The translations under genes and the position numbers were made by a program. Source: Thermosulfurimonas dismutans (lineage in GTDB: Bacteria; Desulfobacterota; Thermodesulfobacteria; Thermodesulfobacteriales; Thermodesulfobacteriaceae). Taken from it: a DNA stretch of 32,000 nt. The stretch lies in contig NZ_LWLG01000016.1 of assembly GCF_001652585.1 (NCBI RefSeq), positions 1 through 32,000 of the forward strand, read 5' to 3'. A model generated the notes under the pieces. It saw nothing but the letters and a program-made list of their open reading frames with translations. It was not told the origin of the DNA and ran no database searches. Below are positions 31,746 through 32,000 of the stretch, piece by piece; positions within the stretch are counted from its first letter, which is position 1; every line of letters begins with the position of its first letter.

Positions 31746-32000
31746 CAGAACCTTCGTCCCCGGTAGCCTCGAGGAGTCACCAACCAATTATGGAAAATGA
31801 AAGTCTCAGAGTTTCCGATGAAGACCGTGGTCTGCATATCTATCTCATGAAGGAGCATATCTTCCAGGGTGGTTAGAGTCAAAGTCTCTTCTTCTCGGCT
31901 TACAGCCCGAGCCAGCCCCACCGGGGTTTTGCCGGAGCGATATTCTAGAAGAATATCGCGGGCTCGGGCTAAGTGTTCCCTGCGGGAGCGACTCTTGGGA
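31745..32000 (-). CDS. C-terminal part of a precorrin-3B C17-methyltransferase-like protein (CbiH/CobJ family); gene runs off right edge
   Basis: Not in the ORF track because it is open-ended. The minus-strand translation is ...EYRSGKTPVGLARAVSREEETLTLTTLEDMLLHEIDMQTTVFIGNSETFIFHNWLVTPRGYRGRRF*. The DM.T.V.IGNS...TPRGY ending is as I recall it for CbiH/CobJ C-termini. Confidence 0.6.
   Translation of the reverse strand, partial: PKSRSRREHLARARDILLEYRSGKTPVGLARAVSREEETLTLTTLEDMLLHEIDMQTTVFIGNSETFIFHNWLVTPRGYRGRRF

Noticed and set aside
1-32000. Search for a CRISPR array (regularly spaced direct repeats of about 28-37 nt), especially next to cas6 (8116-8239) and at the left edge
   Set aside because: No repeat-spacer periodicity is visible anywhere in the window. 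The array, if any, presumably lies beyond cas1/cas2 to the left of position 1.

Overview
All calls below come from reading the sequence and ORF translations by eye. No searches or computations were run. The window is a gene-dense bacterial chromosomal segment whose gene content suggests a thermophilic anaerobe. Organism identity is not determinable here.

Modules, left to right:
1. 1-8115, minus strand: a type I-B (Cst1/Cst2/Cas5t-like) CRISPR-Cas operon, cas6 | AAA+ ATPase | cas8b-cas7-cas5-cas3-cas4-cas1. cas1 runs off the left edge. No CRISPR array lies anywhere in the window. The operon is interrupted between cas6 and cas8b by a co-oriented AAA+ ATPase gene whose C-terminus carries a PD-(D/E)xK-like motif (AAA_14/DUF4143 type).
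2. 8210-9439, plus strand: a Trp-rich 105-aa ORF of unknown function and a sensor-less histidine kinase, transcribed divergently from cas6.
3. 9521-13904, minus strand: a metal (probably Zn) uptake operon. It encodes a small Cys-motif membrane ORF, an outer-membrane protein with a His-rich loop, a ZnuA/TroA-type binding protein, an ATPase and a permease.
4. 14210-16243: a protein with a degenerate GGDEF domain and an intact EAL domain.
5. 16282-20197, minus strand: moeA, fdhD, and a moeA fused to an oxyanion-binding PBP domain.
6. 20419-28032, plus strand: a periplasmic selenocysteine formate dehydrogenase operon. Its genes are a polyferredoxin, a TorD-like chaperone, a small Tat protein, fdhA (in-frame UGA at 23663), fdhB, fdhC and a P-loop-less MobB-like protein.
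7. 28052-30651, minus strand: tupCBA tungstate ABC transporter, with a divergent TunR-like regulator at 30808-31668.
8. 31745-32000, minus strand: a CbiH/CobJ-like C-terminal fragment with an intrinsic terminator.

I cannot point to an unambiguous new system. The best candidates for follow-up are:
- the ATPase-nuclease gene embedded in the cas operon, with its perfect 15-bp inverted repeat;
- the Trp-rich ORF plus orphan kinase that share a control region with cas6;
- the cas8b start-codon anomaly and a possible internally translated Cas11;
- several uncharacterised accessory proteins of the tungsten/selenium FDH island.
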